A stretch of 64,000 nucleotides of DNA from positions 124,001 to 188,000 of the IMG/VR virus record IMGVR_UViG_3300032214_000715; one strand, 5' to 3'. The position numbers were made by a program, and so were the translations under genes. The notes beneath the pieces were generated by a model, which searched no databases, had not been told where the DNA came from, and was given only the letters and a program-made list of their open reading frames with translations. Numbering within the stretch: position 1 is the first letter of the stretch; each line of letters begins with the position of its first letter. Positions 16,492-29,200 of the stretch are shown piece after piece.

Positions 16492-19400
16492 TTATACAAA
16501 GCTATATATTGTAATTTCGTCACTCGCTTGTAGTTCTTGATTAAAGGTTATTTCTTTTGTTCCAGTAACCATATAGGACTTAGTAGCTCCCTCTCGTTGT
16601 AATACACCATTTATGAAAACTTGAATATACACAGTGTCGTCGGTTTTTGCTACTGTTTTTACCGTAGTTGTTATCACTATTTGTCCAGCAGTAGCAGTTA
16701 TTTCTTGATATTTAGGCCCTGCTGATTTCCACTGTGGTGCTGCTCCTGTACCACTTGAAGTTAATACTTGACCAGCAGTACCTGATTGACCCTGAATATC
16801 CCACTGTCCACTGGAGTGTATTTTTAATTGACTATCAAAACCAGGAATATTGTCGTTAGTAAACGTTACTTCCTCGTCTTTTTGATAGTTTACTGTTTGC
16901 AAGTCTATTGATTTGCTTTTTATTACTAGATCAGTAGCATTATTACTTTCTATTGAATTTTCAATATCATCAAAAACTTTTTGATAACGAATACTTGAAA
17001 TGATAGTAGCTTCTTTAGTGGGCTGAATTTGTACGGAATACTCGTTATTCATTAGAATTTCGTTACCGTTATCATCGGGCTCTAGTCTGGTGTGTATTAC
17101 TTCTAAAGACGCTCTTGGATTTGAGTTATTACCAATCCAACCCTGATTTCCGGCTATTCTAAGTCCACCGTGAGGAAGAAAGTTATATTGATTTAAAAAT
17201 CGCAGTTCTTCTACATTTAATCTTTCAAGTTTACCAACCTGTTGAAGAGAACTGTGAGTTATCGTGCTTGGCAATGTAGATCCTACAAGCCCTCCAAGAT
17301 TTACACTTGGGAATTTCCAAAGAGCCGGCGTGTCAGCGCCACCGCTAGTAAGAACCATTCCTTCGGTCCCATATTCGCCGTTTATTCCTATTTTTCCGGA
17401 ATTATCTATTTCAACTATTTCTATTAGAGGGCTTGCTGGATCCTTTGCTGTTCTAAATATAATATTTCCGCCAGATCCAAGAGCTGAAGTGCCACCGTCA
17501 ATATAAACATTCCCACCAGTAGATTCTTCTCCCGACGCAGAACCTGCTTTTAAGAATATATCTGCTCCAAATCTATTTGAAAGATTACTCGCGCCTGATT
17601 GTAGTACTAAACTTACTGGCCCCGGTACATTGACTGATGTTTGCGTGATGGAAGTTCCATCAACGTTTGATGCTCCAAAAATAGTAAAGAAGTTGTTGTC
17701 GTCTTCATCACTCCAGGCACTACCTAATCTTAGAGCAGACTGAGCTACGTAGTTAATATCAGTGATTCCATCTATTACCCCATCTTTATTAAATAATAGA
17801 TTTTTATTTACACCCCGTGATATAACGGTAGTTGGATATATCCATTCTGCTGTTGAGCCGTCACTGACTAGGGATTTACCAGCAGTGCTACTGTCTTGAG
17901 TTGGTAGAAGTTTCTTAATTCCCGCTTCTGCCGTCGTCGCTCCTGTGCCACCGTGTTCTATTTTTAGAGTTCCCCCAAGCGTAAACGTTCCTCTATCAGT
18001 TATTGGTCCACCGAGCGTTGTAAGTCCTGTTGTCCCTCCACTCATCTCAACTGAGTTTACTGTTCCAACTACTCCGCCGGTAATTACACTAATAACCCCG
18101 TTATCGTCAGTTCTAGTAGTTATTCCGTCTGGCTTTACAAGTCCCAATCTACCTTCAGTAGCAGTTGGAACTAAACTATCACCTGATAGACTGGCCCAAA
18201 AAGCATTTGTTCCGTTACTTGCTAAAACATAGTTTTCTGCTAGCTCTTGATCTGGTAATAGATTAGTTAAAGCATCTACTTTGTTGGTTGCCGCTGTACC
18301 ACCGTACTCTATAGATAGAGTACCCCAATATGGAGTTGTATCCCCTCCGGCAGATAATAGAGGCTGTCCTGGCAATCCTATTTTTGGATCGCCTCCACCC
18401 TCTGAGTCCTGACCCATTTCTCCCAACTGCCACGCGCCAGTATTCCAGATGGTAAAGACTCTCTTAGCGTCTTCATATTTAGCGGTTTTAAATATTATCT
18501 GTCCGCCCTCTTGTTTATATGGGTTATTATTAGGGTCAAGTTCAGAACTTATATATCCCTCCCCGGCCTCAATATAAATATCTGCGCCTGGGCTCGATGG
18601 AGAAAAACCACCAGGAGATGGGGCGCCTGCGACCCCATCTCCCGCTTTTATAAATATGCTTCCAATCCCGATATCTTCAGGCTCCCACGTAGGTCTTTCA
18701 CGCCCACTGGCGTGACCTCCAACAATTGATATTGTTCCGGTGTGGTATCCATATCCCGGTCGTGAGCCTGAGTTAGATGTGTATATTCTAAGATTAGTCC
18801 ATGACTCGCTCGTAATTCCGAACTCATGCGTTACAGAATCGGTATTTCTAAAACGATCACCGAGTACTAAAGCACTATTGGGCACATATATGCGCGGGTC
18901 CAGTGATGGTTCATAACCGTTGTGTATATATTTAACTGTTCTAGCGTACTGTGTTTTTCGTGCGCCCCCGTCGGCATATATAAAAGAATTATAATCCTCT
19001 TGCTCTAGAGTATCAAGACTCAATGCTCTGGCACTAATTTGATCAGTGGCCGGGTCAATATACATAGAGTTAGAGTTCAAAGCAACTATACCCGGCTGAA
19101 TATAGTTAGCTATCGGTACAGGAGCACTTTCCCAAAAAAGATCGTATCCATTCCACAGCTCAGGTGTCGTCTCTTCATATGGTACATATCGATACTGTAG
19201 ATAATATGAATTACCGTCATTCGGGTGAGGTGGGAGCAAATTCCTTATATCAGTGCTTAATGTGCCATCATGTGCTACTTGTATTGTTGTTCCATCTGGT
19301 TTTACTACCCCAAGTCTATTAGTAGTGGCTATTTCTAACCCAGATGCCTGCACTGGCGCCCAACCAAGTTGTATTTTGCCGGAGTTATAATTGTATGTTA

Positions 19401-22400
19401 GATATTCACCGTGGCCTGACGTGGTGTTGCCCACCGGAAAAATTCCACCAATATCTACTTTTATTATTCCTTCTGTTTCAGTAATAATGGTTTCGCCGTC
19501 TAATCTAACTCCACCCAATTTACCTTCGGATCCAACTCCCGCTCTTGGAATGAATGCTTCCATCTCTGCCCAAAAAAGACTACCACCAGTGGTGCTTAAG
19601 ACTTTACCTTGATTTCCTTCTTGATTTGGAAAAAATTCATTGTAAAATAAATCACCGAAAAATTCATTGTTAAAGCCTAATTGCCCGTGAATATCCAGTA
19701 GTAGATGCTCTTGATTTATTTTAATGACACCAGGTCGTGAGGCCGCTCCGTATGTAGCTAGTGGAAGTTCTTCCCATCTAAGTGTTCCGGATTTTGTACC
19801 TTCTTCGGTAGAAACGCCGAATCCGTCAGTAGTTAAAAAGTGAAAATTTTTTCCTGATTGATCGGGAATTATTTGATTTCCAACATTTATAGTGTTTACC
19901 TTAATCATTCCACGACCCTCAGGGTCACGAAGAGTGTCATGATCAATCTCTGCTACTTTTGCCCTTAATGAAATACCCAATCCTGCCGGATGCCCGACCA
20001 GTTGTAGACCTCCGTATTGAACATCTCCTACCGGTGGGTGAATCAAAACCATTCCGCGTTTGCTATAACTAGCTATCATAGAATCCCACTTTGGAGATTG
20101 ACTTGTTCCTCTAGATATTAGTATATGATTTTGTTCACCAGTGTCAGTTTCTATCTTGTTAAAAGCCCAAGACCCCGACGAGTTTATTCTAAAAACTTCT
20201 TCCGACGGTTCCCCAGTACTAAAACTTATAAAGCCAGAATCTGCTAGTCCAAATCCACGACCTCCAGTTAAGTACAGATTCCCTGCCGGGGGAATAGTTA
20301 AACCCTCAATAGCGAATGAATCGCCGCCTTTTATTTCTACTGATGATCCTCCGTTAGTAATAGATTTTGCTTCTTGTCCTACTATTAAAAATAATTCGGA
20401 TAAGCCACTTCCGACTGTTAATTCTCCTCGACCGTCATATGATATGCGACTGGTACCACCTAAAAATCCTTCGTTATTGTACTGAAGCTGTCCGTTTAAT
20501 CCAACGGCGCCGGGCTTTGCTGTATCCCATCGTATGTTAGTGCCGTTTGTAGTAAGAACGAAATCTTTTTTGCCAGCTTGAGGAGGTAGAAATGAGTTTA
20601 TGGCAGCAGATGGGTCCGATGTTCCAGTTCCACCCTGTTCTATGCTTAATGGAGTTGTTAAACCACTAAGACTTGTGATATCACTATTTGCTCCGCTCTT
20701 TGCCGCCACCAAATTTATTCTGGCACTATCTGCTGTTGTCCCACCGGTGCCCCCAGCAAGAACAGGCAACACATCAGCCATTAATGTAAGCGCACTAGTA
20801 CTAAACAGTGCTCTATTTGGACCAATCAGAGTTGATAATCCAGTGCCGCCTTGATTTACACTAAGCGGTGTCGTCAGTCCACTCAAGCTAGTGATGTCGC
20901 TGTTATCACCACTTTTTGCTACTTCTAAATTAGCGCGAGCGCCCTCTGGTGTTTTACTACCAGTACCACCCTGATTTACACTAAGCGGAGTTGTTAGACC
21001 ACTTAAGCTAGTGATGTCACTGTTATCTCCGCTTTTTGCTGCGCCTAAGTTTGCCCTTGCGCCTGTCGGCGTTTTACTACCAGTGCCGCCTTGATCAACG
21101 CTAAGCGGTGTCGTCAGTCCACTCAAGCTAGTGATGTCACTGTTATCTCCGCTTTTTGCTGCTCCTAAGTTTGTTCTTGCGACAGAGGGCGTAGAAGCGT
21201 TGGTTCCTCCCTGCGCGATAGTAAGAGGAGTAGTCAGTGCTGATAATCTTGTAATATCATTGTTTACTCCACTCTTAGCCACTTCTAATTCTATTCTAGC
21301 TAGTGCTGGAGTTGACGCATTAGTTCCGCCCTGCGCCACACTAAGTGGAGTTGTTAATCCACTTAAGCTAGTAATGTCACTGTTATCACCACTTTTTGCT
21401 GCTTTCAAGGACTCTCTGGCTTCAGCCGCGTTTGTTGATCCAGTGCCGCCATTATTAACAGATAATACTCCGCCAAGAGTTATGATCCCGATTCCACCAT
21501 TTGCTCCCGTTACTGGTCCGCCAGTGGTAGTTAACCCAGTTGTGCCACCGTTAACATTTACGCTTTTTACAGAGGTCGCTAGTGGCTCTACCCAAGATAA
21601 TATTCCCCCGCCATCGGTAGTAAGAACTTTATTTTCGTTGCCAGTTTGATCGGGCAACATAGCAGTAATAGTTGAACTTAGATTATCGTAACCAGTGCCG
21701 CCAAATTGCGGTGATAGCACTTGAGTCAATCCAGAACTTTTTCCAGAAATGTCACCCGTTATACTTGCTCCACTTATAGCTGCTATAGTTGATAGTGCGT
21801 TCCCGTCGGATACAACAAATCCAGAGTCAAAACTGGTTCTTCCAGTTCCGCCCTTTGATATCGGCACAGTATTTAAACTAAGAGTAATAGTTCCTGATCT
21901 TGTTATTGGGTTAGTGCCTCCTACAGTTAAATCAGTAGAGGTTATGGTGACTGAATTTACTGAACCATACTGTGGAATATTAAGAACGTTATTATCAAAC
22001 GTAGCAGCACCACTGGTGCCAACAGTCTGTAGCGTGACTACACCCTGATACACGGGAATATTTAATACATTGTTCGTGAATGTAGCTGATCCTGTTACAT
22101 CATTCGTGGTTAAACTTACAGGCAGTTGATAATCAATATTGGGTTCCGCAGTTTGTAGACCGCCATTAACTCCCTTAGTTATTCCATTGATGTATGTGCC
22201 AATTGTTATGCTAGGGTAAGTACTTGCGGAAGACACTTCTCCAGTAAATCCATTGGATGAGTTAACCGAAACTGATTTAACTGTGCCTACTATACCGTCG
22301 GTAGTAACACTTATTCGTCCGGTTTGATTGACTACTATAGTACTATTGTCAACAGTGACTGAACCCAGTACCGACATAGTTGCTACTCTAGAGCTTACTG

Positions 22401-23211
22401 TTACTGCTCCAGTAGATGATGATAAACTAATGCCGGGACCAGCACTTAGCGACATTACCCAATTATTTTTAGTACTCAGTATTCCACTATCGTCTATATT
22501 TAACCCGTCTCCAATGATGACTCCACCCAAGCGACTGGTTGTTGAAGTTGGAAGTGTATAGGATATTACACCATCAACGCTTATTGCTATAGTAGTACCA
22601 TCAACTTTAACTCCACCCAGTGTATTTGATCCAGCTATTGGTAACACATAAGGTATAGCAGATAGTTTCCCTTCAGAATCAATAACAAGTCCTGCGCCTG
22701 TTTTGACTCCTCCCAACTCATTATTGTTTGCTATTGGCAATGTATATTGCTGAGCACTAATTATGCCGTCTTCAGTTATTGTTATTGTGCTGTTATCAAT
22801 CTTTACTCCACCAACGCTGCCACCACTAGCAATTGGTAGAGAATATGATCCAGCGCTTAGCACTCCATCACTGTCTATTGTTAGATTGTCTCCGATCTTG
22901 ACTCCACCTAGTGTATTGGCAGAGGCTGGACGAAGTATATAAGCGTCTCCAGTAGTGCTTGAAATTTCTCCAGTTATCGGATCTACTACTATAGTAGTGC
23001 CATCAACTTTAACTCCGCCCAACGTGCTAGCACTTGCTACAGGCAACTGATAGGGAGTGCCAGTGCCGACAAATATGCCGCCGACTGTTTTTCCATCGCC
23101 GACTCTAATAGAGTTAGTTATCGGGTCGTACCATAAGCGACCCTCTTGCCCTATTTTTTCTTCTGCCGACTGTGAATTTCTACTGGTAAAAAAATCCTGA
23201 GTGTAAGACAC
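16492..23211 (-). CDS. Very long mosaic fibre protein (2239 aa)
   Basis: GTG start, late promoter at 23235-23241; N-terminal GRLWY...IRVGDG, LPxAxxxxLGGVK repeats, 40-aa repeats, C-terminal VFINGVLQ domain. Confidence 0.8.
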   Translation of the reverse strand: MSYTQDFFTSRNSQSAEEKIGQEGRLWYDPITNSIRVGDGKTVGGIFVGTGTPYQLPVASASTLGGVKVDGTTIVVDPITGEISSTTGDAYILRPASANTLGGVKIGDNLTIDSDGVLSAGSYSLPIASGGSVGGVKIDNSTITITEDGIISAQQYTLPIANNNELGGVKTGAGLVIDSEGKLSAIPYVLPIAGSNTLGGVKVDGTTIAISVDGVISYTLPTSTTSRLGGVIIGDGLNIDDSGILSTKNNWVMSLSAGPGISLSSSTGAVTVSSRVATMSVLGSVTVDNSTIVVNQTGRISVTTDGIVGTVKSVSVNSSNGFTGEVSSASTYPSITIGTYINGITKGVNGGLQTAEPNIDYQLPVSLTTNDVTGSATFTNNVLNIPVYQGVVTLQTVGTSGAATFDNNVLNIPQYGSVNSVTITSTDLTVGGTNPITRSGTITLSLNTVPISKGGTGRTSFDSGFVVSDGNALSTIAAISGASITGDISGKSSGLTQVLSPQFGGTGYDNLSSTITAMLPDQTGNENKVLTTDGGGILSWVEPLATSVKSVNVNGGTTGLTTTGGPVTGANGGIGIITLGGVLSVNNGGTGSTNAAEARESLKAAKSGDNSDITSLSGLTTPLSVAQGGTNASTPALARIELEVAKSGVNNDITRLSALTTPLTIAQGGTNASTPSVARTNLGAAKSGDNSDITSLSGLTTPLSVDQGGTGSKTPTGARANLGAAKSGDNSDITSLSGLTTPLSVNQGGTGSKTPEGARANLEVAKSGDNSDITSLSGLTTPLSVNQGGTGLSTLIGPNRALFSTSALTLMADVLPVLAGGTGGTTADSARINLVAAKSGANSDITSLSGLTTPLSIEQGGTGTSDPSAAINSFLPPQAGKKDFVLTTNGTNIRWDTAKPGAVGLNGQLQYNNEGFLGGTSRISYDGRGELTVGSGLSELFLIVGQEAKSITNGGSSVEIKGGDSFAIEGLTIPPAGNLYLTGGRGFGLADSGFISFSTGEPSEEVFRINSSGSWAFNKIETDTGEQNHILISRGTSQSPKWDSMIASYSKRGMVLIHPPVGDVQYGGLQLVGHPAGLGISLRAKVAEIDHDTLRDPEGRGMIKVNTINVGNQIIPDQSGKNFHFLTTDGFGVSTEEGTKSGTLRWEELPLATYGAASRPGVIKINQEHLLLDIHGQLGFNNEFFGDLFYNEFFPNQEGNQGKVLSTTGGSLFWAEMEAFIPRAGVGSEGKLGGVRLDGETIITETEGIIKVDIGGIFPVGNTTSGHGEYLTYNYNSGKIQLGWAPVQASGLEIATTNRLGVVKPDGTTIQVAHDGTLSTDIRNLLPPHPNDGNSYYLQYRYVPYEETTPELWNGYDLFWESAPVPIANYIQPGIVALNSNSMYIDPATDQISARALSLDTLEQEDYNSFIYADGGARKTQYARTVKYIHNGYEPSLDPRIYVPNSALVLGDRFRNTDSVTHEFGITSESWTNLRIYTSNSGSRPGYGYHTGTISIVGGHASGRERPTWEPEDIGIGSIFIKAGDGVAGAPSPGGFSPSSPGADIYIEAGEGYISSELDPNNNPYKQEGGQIIFKTAKYEDAKRVFTIWNTGAWQLGEMGQDSEGGGDPKIGLPGQPLLSAGGDTTPYWGTLSIEYGGTAATNKVDALTNLLPDQELAENYVLASNGTNAFWASLSGDSLVPTATEGRLGLVKPDGITTRTDDNGVISVITGGVVGTVNSVEMSGGTTGLTTLGGPITDRGTFTLGGTLKIEHGGTGATTAEAGIKKLLPTQDSSTAGKSLVSDGSTAEWIYPTTVISRGVNKNLLFNKDGVIDGITDINYVAQSALRLGSAWSDEDDNNFFTIFGASNVDGTSITQTSVNVPGPVSLVLQSGASNLSNRFGADIFLKAGSASGEESTGGNVYIDGGTSALGSGGNIIFRTAKDPASPLIEIVEIDNSGKIGINGEYGTEGMVLTSGGADTPALWKFPSVNLGGLVGSTLPSTITHSSLQQVGKLERLNVEELRFLNQYNFLPHGGLRIAGNQGWIGNNSNPRASLEVIHTRLEPDDNGNEILMNNEYSVQIQPTKEATIISSIRYQKVFDDIENSIESNNATDLVIKSKSIDLQTVNYQKDEEVTFTNDNIPGFDSQLKIHSSGQWDIQGQSGTAGQVLTSSGTGAAPQWKSAGPKYQEITATAGQIVITTTVKTVAKTDDTVYIQVFINGVLQREGATKSYMVTGTKEITFNQELQASDEITIYSFV
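20840..21450 (-). repeat. Five tandem 120-bp (40-aa) in-frame repeats, AKSGDNSDITSLSGLTTPLSVxQGGT
   Basis: Sequence lines at 20881, 21001, 21121, 21241 and 21361 align with a 120-bp period; a sixth copy at about 20625-20710. Confidence 0.9.
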
Positions 23212-23263
23212 TTGATATCCTTAATGTTTAGTAGTATTTATTCTTACTGTGTCAGTAAAGATA

Positions 23264-26200
23264 TCAATTGCTGCTTTGTATTGATGGGCCGCTCGCGTCA
23301 GGGAAAGAACGTCCAGATCCAGAAATAACTCTAACTGCTCCCCAAGCACCTCCGCCCCCAGCATTATAATTTTTAATTCCGTTTCCAACTACTATTGGTA
23401 TTATTTGCCCGGGTGTAACCACAATGTTATTTTTCCACCCCAGACCACCACCGCCACCGCCTGCTGCTGGAGTACTGGCAAAATACCCTCCTGCGCCACC
23501 GCCAAACAGTCCGCCAAAACTATTTGTCCAGTACTGAGTTCCAAAGCTTCCTCCCCAGCTTCCGTACCCATTTTGAGTAAATGGTGAGCTACCGCCACCA
23601 CCTCCACCGCCCCCATCAGCGACAGCATTTCCGCTAGTAGAACCTATTCCGTATATGCCAACTCCCAATCCACCTAAAGGCGTCGTGATAATCGGATTTA
23701 AGCCTACACCTCCGTTCCCGCGATATCCGGCCGCACCACCACCGCTGCCGCCTCTCAAAACCGTTAAAACAGTATAAGTATCTCCTCCGTTTCCTCCATT
23801 GGCGCCGCCAGTTCCAACATAAGAACCTCCAACTGTTCCGTTTGCTCCGTATCCAATCACCTCAGTAGTTCCAAAAGTGCTATCGCCTGCTTTAACAGCC
23901 AGCCCTCTGCCTGATCCTGCGCCAACGCAAACAACACTAACATTGTATACACCATCTGGTACTACATAGTAATACGTACCTGGTTTATCAAATACTGTAT
24001 CTGTAATCTTACTCTTGTATCTGATAATTACTGTGCCCGATCCACCTAGTCCCCCGCCTCCTCCACCACCGCCTCCAGTGTTAGCTTGCCCATTGGTGGC
24101 CGCAACTGCTGGAACAGTATTTCTGTGTCCATTACCACCGCCTCCTATTCCGCCGAGTCCATTAAGTCCCACGGTGGCACTATAGCCATTGTCTGACGAC
24201 ACTCCACCTCCTCCGCCACCTCCATAGTACTTATTGGTAAATGAAACTAACCGTCCTAATCCACCGTCTCCAGCAGAACAGCTTAGTGTGTTGCCACCCA
24301 CAGCTCCAGCTCCACCGCCGCCGGCTCCTCTATGAACATAGCACGCGCTCCAGGGAGTAGCTGTGCCTCCACTATTTCCCTGCGTGGAGAACCCCGCTCC
24401 AGGACTAGTAGCACCATATCCTATACCAGTTGGCATATAGTATCCAACTGCTCCTCCTCCAGACGCGCCGCTCAGACCCGAGGTAGCACTGTTATAAGCT
24501 AGCCAATTTCCACCACTTCCTCCGCCATAAGCTTCAAATGTTGGGCTAGTCAGCACTTTTGATACTGGTCCCACTGTAGTTATAGTAGCGTTTGTGATAC
24601 TTCCATCTAAGAATGGATCCGGAGTGGCTGAACCAAATGGTCCTACTGTGACCACTGTTGGGTTGCTTACTTTAGTGATAGTTAAGTTATTATTGCTACC
24701 GTCAACTATCTGTTCTGCGTTGGCAGTTAGTAGCGTTGTATTTGCTATAGCAGTCAATGAACTAGTAGGGGCTATACTATCAATGTATAGTGCTCTTCCC
24801 TTGACTACTCTAAAATTACTTATATAACCTTTTAGTAAGTATGAAGTGCTATAGTACCCACCGATGGCAACACCTGTACAGCTATAATTTGTAGTATCAA
24901 TTCTACTTGCGGCCGGAACGCCATTTATATAAACTGTGGTTCTACCACTTCTGCGAATCAGAGCAAAATGTGTCCAAACGTTAATCACTGCTGTTGCTCC
25001 AGTGTTGGCGGCCGTACCCGCCCAGTACACGCTATACGGAGCCCCAGCCACGTTGTCTACGTACAATCCAATAGTATTACTAGCAGAAGCATTTAATCCA
25101 ATTGAATTTCCACTTAGTTGAAATATTCCGCGATTCTCAGTAGTAGTTAAGTATACCCATCCTTCAACAGTAAAATCTCCGGTGCCAAAGTTGAACGCAG
25201 TTGAATTACTAGTGCTCAGATAATCTCCGGTGCCATCAAAGAACACACTACGAGATTGAGTAGTAACAGCAGTTGATGTAAATGGACTAGAAAGAATTGG
25301 TCTAACATCAGCACGAGCGGTAAAACTGAGATTATTTGTACTGTTATCAACAAACAAAGCGCCCTGACAAGTTAATAGCGTAGTATTAACTGTAGCAGAC
25401 AGTGGAGTGGTGCTTGGCGTAAAGTTAGCGGTATAAACAGCGGTACTCTTTACTACGCGAAGATTAGAAAGATATCCACGAAATAAGTACGAGGTACTAT
25501 AATACCCGCCAATAGCTATATTTGTAGCAGTAATATCTTCGGCGGCCACTCTACTATCAACTGATGTCCCGTTTATATAAAGAGTAGCAGTACCGGAAAC
25601 ACGAGCAATCGCTACGTGATTCCAAGTATTAGCGGTCATGACCGCGATGGTGGGGCCCACCCAAGTGCCAGCAACATTAACTATTAACGACCCAGTAAGA
25701 TTACTTAACGTTCTGCTCAAGCCCTGTATTACAGTAATTCCAGTTCCATAGGAGGTCATTAATCCGCCGTTCGTAGTAGAAGTTTGTAGTATGCCTCGTT
25801 GCGTGGCTGAGCTAACATCAGCGCTATTTACCCAAAATTCTACAGTAAAATCTCCTGTACCGAAATTAAAAGCAGTATTACTTCCAGTACTCATATAGTC
25901 GCCGGCACCGTCAAAGTAAGTGCTCCAACGTTGAGTTTCGGTTCCATATGGAGTATTAACATCAACCGTGGCACTTCCATTTACTGTTAATGCTAGATTA
26001 TTTGTGCTACTATCAATTATAGATGTACCAGAACACGTTAACAGCGTAGTGTTTTCTATTGTGGTCAGTGCGCTTATGGGTGGAATGAAATTGGCGGAGT
26101 TAGCGCTATATAGTGCGGTTCCTTTTACTATTCTTATATTAGACATATATCCGTTGAATAGCCACACAAGAGTATCGGGATTAAGTCCTATAACTAGATG

Positions 26201-29200
26201 GCCCTGTGAAGTTATCGTTGATAGTTGATTACAAGTAACTTCCCCTAATATTCCATTTAAGAACATTCTAATTGTTGATCCGTCGCCCACTACAGCAAAG
26301 TGATTCCACGTATTAGGTAATATAGTAGTGTTTGAGTATGCTTGTCCTCCTCCAGTTTGATAGTAAGATATATATCCTGAGCTTAGTACTACACGCCAAC
26401 CTCCTCCGGCAACAGATTGAAAATTTCCTAAAATTCCCTGAACCGTACTTACATTAGGAGCATTTATCCAGCCCTCTACTGTGAATGGAGTGCTTCCGAA
26501 TTCGTGCGCTGGACCCTTTGGTATACTTAAATAACTTGAACCGTTAAAAAGAATACTGTAGTTTACTGGCTGCGGTATCGCAGTTAATTCCTGTGCGGTT
26601 AACAACACCGTGTTGTTTATTGTTGATAATCTCCCACCCGACGGTACAAAGTTTGCTGTATATAGAGCAGTTCCTTTTATTATTCTTAGACTTGAAATTA
26701 GTCCACTAAATGAAGTAGTACTTCCATTTATACCCTGTCCTATTAATACCGGCTTAGTAGTTCCCAGATCGCTAGCACTAGTGTGTGTGCCAGTTGCTTC
26801 AATTCCATTTAGAAATATTCTCCATACTCCTGATTGGCGAGTTAATGCCACGTGATTCCATACATTTGTCGTAAAGGCAGTTGAGCCATACACTAAATTA
26901 GCTGGACCGTTATAGTACTGTAGTGCTCCTCCGGTTGATAAAAATATAGCAGTTGATTCTGCCCCTACTGCTGCTCTTAAGTCTATGAACGTTCCGCCAT
27001 TCACAGCAGAAGTCGGCAATTTACCGTCCCATTTCGCCCAAAATTCAATAGTAAAGTCACCAGTTCCGAATCCAAAAGCACTATTAGTCGGAACACTTAA
27101 GTAACTATTGGATCCAACAAAAGATGCCCCGTAATATGGAGATAAATGTATGATTGAAGCTTTACCGTTTTCTCCAACTAGACCTCCGGCGCCTACATTA
27201 ATTATTTTTGTACCCGGAGTAACAGTTGTGGATCCAGTTATCACGCCTCCACCTCCACCTCCACCGCCAGCAACTCCAGATCCACCTCCACCTCCTCCTC
27301 CAACTATTACATAGTCAACATCTACCGTGGATGTAGTCTCAACATTAAAAGGAGAGAATTGAACTGGCAGTGGATTAGAATTAATTGTTATAGAAAACTT
27401 ATTAGAGCTAACATCTACTGGATACCCATTTTGACAAGTCAATAATGCTGTATTTGTTATAGCAGTTAATGGTGAGCTTGATGGTGTGAAATTACTTGTA
27501 TATACAGCAGTACCTTTTACTATTCTGAGATTACTTATATATCCATTTAAGAAAAAAGAAACGCCTCCGTTGGCAATAAATCTTCCAACATGTAGCGATG
27601 TAGAATTTACAGCAGTATAATTTGTATTATTTGATTGTGTTGTGCCTATCTGTGTACCATTAACAAATGCTCTTAAACTTGTTCCGCCGCGTGTCAAGCA
27701 AACATGATACCACTGATTGAGAGATGGATTCCATGAAAATGTTAGTCCAGCATAAGTCGGCGTGTATCTAGCAAAAACCAGTTGATTAGCACCGCCGTCA
27801 AAATAAAGAGACCATGCACAAAGTCGTTGAGTTGGTGTAGCATCCACGCCATCACCTAACATTGCAAACACAGGATAGCCAGTTTTTGTATTTAAATATA
27901 CCCAACACTCAATAGTAAAATCACCTGTATCAAAACTAAACGCAGCATTAGTTGGTATGGTTAAATAATCTCCATTACCATTAAAGTAAGTACTCCAATT
28001 TCTATAAAACGCAGCACTTGAAGTGGGAGAAAATACATCTGAACGAACAGTGTTATATGCCTGAACTATTGCGTTAGTAACGCTATTATCTACGGGTCTC
28101 CAAGGAGTTTGAAGAGTAAGTAATATCGTATTATTAATGGGTTGTAATCTAGTAGTGGGCGGAGTAAAGTTACTCACATATAAAGCAGTTCCCTTTAGTA
28201 TACGAACATCACTTATATACCCTACAAAATTACCAACTCCACTACTAGCCCATAATTTTTGTCCTATTCTTAATATTGAACCGGGTACTGTAAAAGTAGT
28301 GGTACCTGTAATGCCAGTGGTGTTATTAGAGCTAACTCCATTTACGTAAATTCTAATTTCATTGCCCGATCTAACTGCCGCTATGTGATTCCAGCAACTT
28401 AGATTAATTCGTTCGCTACTGGTTAATATAGTAGCGCCCCAACGATTTAAAGTAATTGTTCTATTAGAATTAGTATTTAATACATATCCGTTTGAGTTAC
28501 CAGTACGAGTATCAATTAAAATCATGCCCGACGATGGACTAGCATCAGTGTACATCCACAATTCAATAGTAAAATCGTTGGCTTCTAAATTAAACGTATA
28601 ATTTGAAACTGAGCCGGAAACTACGTCAACATACCCACTACTAAAAAAATAACTACTGCCATTATTAGTAGTGGTATTAATAAATGGACTAAGAACTGTA
28701 GCAGTTACTCCGCTGCTAGATTTATTAATAGTTAAATTATTTCCACTATTATCAATAAATGTTTGCTCTCCAGCAGAACCCTGACAAGTTAATATAGAAG
28801 TAATCGGATTCTCGGAACGTTCTCCAGTATGTGGGTATATAATATAGGGAGCATAAGTCAGTGACTGTCCCATAGGCGTAAAAGACGATGCCGTCGGTAA
28901 CACATTACCGTTTTTTACTACTCTTAAATTTGATATATGTCCGTCAAAAAATCCAGTAGCAGTAGAGTTTCCTCCAATAACAAATTTTGTACTATTAGTA
29001 GTACTAATAGCAGTATTACTAGACGCTATTAATTGTCCGCCCATATATAATCTAGTCGTGGGAGCGGTATATGTTAATGCCACGTGAACCCAAATATCAG
29101 CCGATAATTTTACTGTTGAGGTAATAGTAGTGTAATTACCATTTCCGGTATGTAATTTAGCGGTTAATAATCCGTTTAATAAGTATAGTGAGTATTGAGT

